A DNA stretch of 64,000 nucleotides from Lama guanicoe (taxonomy: Eukaryota): assembly GCA_013239625.1 (NCBI GenBank), contig MU053934.1, positions 4,482,399 to 4,546,398 on the forward strand, in the 5' to 3' direction. Positions within the stretch are counted from its first letter, which is position 1. Each line of letters starts with the position of its first letter. A model generated the notes under the pieces. The model had not been told where the DNA came from. It was given only the letters and a program-made list of their open reading frames with translations, and did not search any database. The position numbers and the translations under genes were made by a program. Below, piece by piece: positions 53,820 to 64,000 of this stretch.

Positions 53820-60284
<6,465 letters not shown>

Positions 60285-60287
<3 letters not shown>

Positions 60288-60313
60288 TACGCCGTCGAAC
60301 GCTGCCCGTAGAG
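60285..60313 (-). other. RPL3: RPL3 exon 1 (short pyrimidine-start 5'UTR plus ATG)
   Basis: CTCTACGGGCAGCGTTCGACGGCGTAATG|gtacgt. Confidence 0.9.
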
Positions 60314-60336
60314 GTCGGAGGACGCCCCGCGCGAGG

Positions 60337-60344
60337 TATATAAA
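60337..60344 (-). promoter_or_regulatory. RPL3 TATA box within a CpG island (~60000-61150)
   Basis: TTTATATA at about -24 to -31 from the CTCT start. Confidence 0.75.
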
Positions 60345-61364
60345 CCCCAGTCTGGCTCCGCCCCTTTCTGCGTGCGAGCGCGCGCCCGCGGCGGACGTCG
60401 GGTCGGGGGGCGGGTACTTGGTCCCATTTCCACGTACGCTCGTCCTCGCCTTGCGTTTGCTCCGACCCGGACGTCACCTTCGTAGGCAAGAGATAGAGGC
60501 TCTACGGCGAGCGGCTGAGCTCGAACTTAGTGAAAAGCTTCTGAATAGCTGACAGAGAATTGGAGTGCAGCAGCCCGACGGCGTTGGGCAGCAGCCAGAT
60601 TTGATGAAGCGCGCCGTTACGCTGAAGGAAAATGGCTGCGTCTCTTCTTTTCATTTGAAATGCAGTCACCTCTGGAATTGAGTAATCCTGCTGGGGCTTC
60701 AGCTGCAATGCTCTTTCAAACGTGGTATCCCATTTCCATCCCACACAGTAGATCAGCGTTTTTGCTGTGTTGTAGGCATAGTGATGTGGGACGAGTTACA
60801 CCGCTCCCACCGGCTCCATGTTGGAGAGAAAAGGCTGAAACCCTGGTTTCCTGGCTCCCAACCCAGAGCCGCTTCCCGATACCAACTTGCCTTTAATGCG
60901 TCCTGGTTTCAGGTCCCTCTCCCTCAAGCCCTATCTCGGCAATTCGTACCAGTATCGGGCTGCGGGGGCCCGCGCTTGGTTCTGAAGGTCTGAGGCGGCG
61001 AAAACACCTCACGACCTGGGGTCACGAGTCCAGCCGCCCGGCCTCACGAAGCCTCCCAGACCCTCGGTATGAAAGGCCCTCGCTAAGAACCAAATCTCTT
61101 GTTTCTTCCCGTGCCCGGCCCCGGCCCCCACACCCCAGTGCTTCCTCGGGATTAAGCCTTAATTCCTGAGGCTGTCAGCCAAGAACCTGCCCTAACTAGA
61201 TAGTCCAGCTTCTTCGCTGCAAGCACACACACTCTTTTCATTAATCACCTTCCACCTCCATCCCACCCAGTCATGTTCTTTGATTCTGGGTCTGGCCATT
61301 GCTCACACCGTTGTTAAAAAACATTCATTTAACCCTCACACCATCCCCGAGTGGCAGCAATAAT

Positions 61365-61670
61365 AGTCCTCAACCCCTTATTGGAAATCTTTGGGGCCAG
61401 ATGTGTTTCCAAATTCAGCATTTCTCGTGTTTTAGATAATATTGTGCAATATGGTGCACATACTGTATATTATGCAATCCTCCCTAAGCTCTTTAATAAA
61501 ATACATTAAATTAATTCTGGAAAGAAGCATGAATATTCCCATGGAGTGGGATAAATATATAAATAGCCTCACAGCTCAAAGCTAACTTAGCTGCCTCAAA
61601 AATTCAGTTTAATTTGGTTTCTTGCCACCAAATGACTTAAGTTTTTTTTCAATTCAGAATTGCAGACAAT
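61365..61670. mobile_element. Tigger-family MITE relic (MER46C-like)
   Basis: 'ttggggccagatgtgtttccaaattcag' and an AT-rich body. Confidence 0.45.
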
Positions 61671-61863
61671 TTTTACAGAGAAAAGTTTCAGGCAAAAAGG
61701 ATATAATTTGACAAAAGTCACACAATTAGTGAAGGACAGAGCTCAAGTCTGACTGACTCTGGGTTGGGTTTTCATGACATCAGACTCAGGGTTCAATAGT
61801 CCCCCTCCCTGGAAAAGGAGCTCTGGGGTCCTGAGTCACTTATTCACTCAATAAGAAATTCTT

Positions 61864-61996
61864 GGCGGGGAGGGTATAGCTCAGTGGTAGAGCGCATGCT
61901 TAGCTTGCACGAGGTCTGGGTTCAATCCCCACTACCTTAAAAAACAAACAAACAAACAAACGTAAGTATCTCCCCTTACAAAAAAGAAAAAAAGAA
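61864..61996 (+). mobile_element. tRNA-Ala-derived SINE (camelid Vic-1 type)
   Basis: GGGGAGGGTATAGCTCAGTGGTAGAGCGCATGCTTAGC head, (CAAA)n tail, short TSD aaattctt at 61856-61863 and 61997-62004. Confidence 0.88.
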
Positions 61997-64000
61997 AAAT
62001 TCTTAATGAAGTTCTGCTCTGTGCTTGGGGGAATGCGGAGGGGAACTAGAGGGCAACTATCACAGGCCAATTAAGACTAAAATTGTGATGAGGGTGAAAA
62101 AGACTTAACAAACAATGTTACCTAAGATCCTGGACAAATTAGTCCCCTAAAAGGAATTCCCTCTTTGCAGTCAAGGGGAAAAGGAGAGTATCAACAGATC
62201 TGCACAGTCATGACAGTTTTGCACATGGTTCACTGGGATATTGCCTTAGGCCTCAGTTTCCCCATCTGTCAAAAGAGGGGTTCATTCATTCATTCAACAA
62301 ATATGTACTGAGTCTTCTCTGCCTAAGAATGACATTAAAGGGCCAACTAAAGGTGGGGTTAAGGTAGAAGGGCTTTCACTAGTCCATGCAAGCCATCAGG
62401 GTGGGTGACCCGGGAAAGGGCTCTGAAGCTAGACATGAGGATGTAGAATCAGGAGATATTTAGGATGGACAGGATCTGGAGACTATATTTGTATGAGTCA
62501 TCATGGGTAGGGGCAGGGAGGGGCAGCAGAGAGGGCAGGAGTCAAGATCTCCATTTTGGAATATTGGGTAGATAGTGTTACTTTTAGAAAAGGATAGATT
62601 ATATAGAGATTTGGATTTATTTACAGGGTTAACGATATCCTTTCTCCTTCTAAGAACATGTCAAAGACCCAGCAAGATGTATGCGACTCAACAAGAAAAA
62701 AGTAAGGAAGCGAGGGAAGGGAAATAAGATGAAGCCAGAAAGGGATCACACCCAAACACACATTATAGAACTCTGTTTATGCCAGCGTAGTCTTCCCTTT
62801 TGGTTTCAAGCCTCTGTGCAGCCAAATAAAAAAGATAAATATGATCAGTAACATGATTCACAATAGCTACAGGATAAAAAACAAACCAGTGGCCAAAGGA
62901 ATCCACTGTGCCTGAAATAAGGCTTGAAAGAAATGTCGCTGGGGAGACAGGGTTCTCCTAAAGGGGCCAAAATGGGATGCAGCTGATGACACCCTGAACA
63001 TCAGGACGCCGTGAACACACAGTGGCTGTGCACCTTCAGTGCAGACCAATGAACTCACCAAGCTGATCTGTGCAAGCTGTTTACAAGAGGTCAAAACAAA
63101 GGGGTTGCATTACCCAATTCCAGATTGCTGGTTTAATCCAAGGATAAAATCCAGAGTCTGGAAAGAAGTGGATTGACTTTATTTACAAATGGTCTTTCAT
63201 CAGTACTGTTTTTCAAAATGGAACTTCTAGGAAGGAATGGAAAAGGATCCAAGGTTTTGCTCAAATCCCTGAAGGGCAGATGCTCTCAGCCGCCAGGGAA
63301 AACCTGAGATGTGGACTGACCATGGCATTTCAATGTCCTTCTCTCTTACCTGACTGGATCAGGTAAGAGATCATGGCAGCAGAGACTGTGTCCCACTCCC
63401 ACAAGTTCAGCCCCCCTTGCGGGGCCCAGCACAGGAAAGGCTCTGGCTTAGGTGTGTCAGATGCGGGCATGAACACAGCCGGCCCAAACCAGAACATCAC
63501 AGTTTCACTTTCAGAGGCTGCCTCCCTTGCCCATTGAAGCAATAATGCCCCCACCTTTGACATGAGCTCACATCCTGATCTTTTGTGCTGTCACTGATTG
63601 TTGCAAATGACAAGGCATTTGGGCCAAAGCTCAGTTAATATGAGTTTGTGGCATGAGTGTAGCCCTGTGCCCCCAGAGTGGGAGGCTGGGCACAGAGCCT
63701 CTGGGTCATGAAGGCCCCCCTTCCCTGCTCCTCCACCACCAGCTGCCAAGGTGATGCCCCGAAGAATAAGAGCCGGCTGGCCTGAGGCGCCTGGCAGCTC
63801 CTGCTCTTGCTCCTATGTGGGCCCAGCCTGGTGAAACTCCATGTACCTGTGCTGGGGCTGCAGGCCACCATGGCAAGTATGGCTTCCCACTGCCTCTCCG
63901 TCTATGTGCTGGGCCTCTGCATCCTGTGGTGCAGGAGTCTGCAGGTGGGTTGGGGGCTCCCCCTCATCCTGGCCTGGAAGCTGTGCGTGGAGCTACTGCT

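Overview
Mammalian genomic DNA, probably camelid, judged from tRNA-Ala-derived Vic-1-type SINEs and no recognisable Alu or Bov-tA elements. The region is syntenic with human 22q13.1. The left end holds the CpG island, TATA promoter, ~1-kb 5'UTR and coding exon 1 of PDGFB on the minus strand; the rest of the gene lies outside the window. From ~2.8 to 53 kb is a non-coding intergenic region rich in MIR, L2, L1, MLT1 and MER relics, with several dense transcription-factor motif clusters and a divergent pair of CTCF-like motifs. The complete 10-exon RPL3 gene (403 aa, minus strand) spans 53.8-60.3 kb. It carries intronic SNORD43, one intact SNORD83 and a decayed second SNORD83 copy. The most striking signal is the last 180 nt of RPL3 intron 3, a poison 3'-splice-site extension. 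It folds into three tandem hairpins with different stems but an identical UC-CGC-U / A-U-GA internal loop. The first hairpin buries the alternative AG and the third buries the 'C box' of the SNORD139-like element. That element's D box supplies the only in-frame stop and abuts the canonical acceptor. Almost all ORFs in the six-frame track are spurious. Repeat boundaries are approximate and read by eye.
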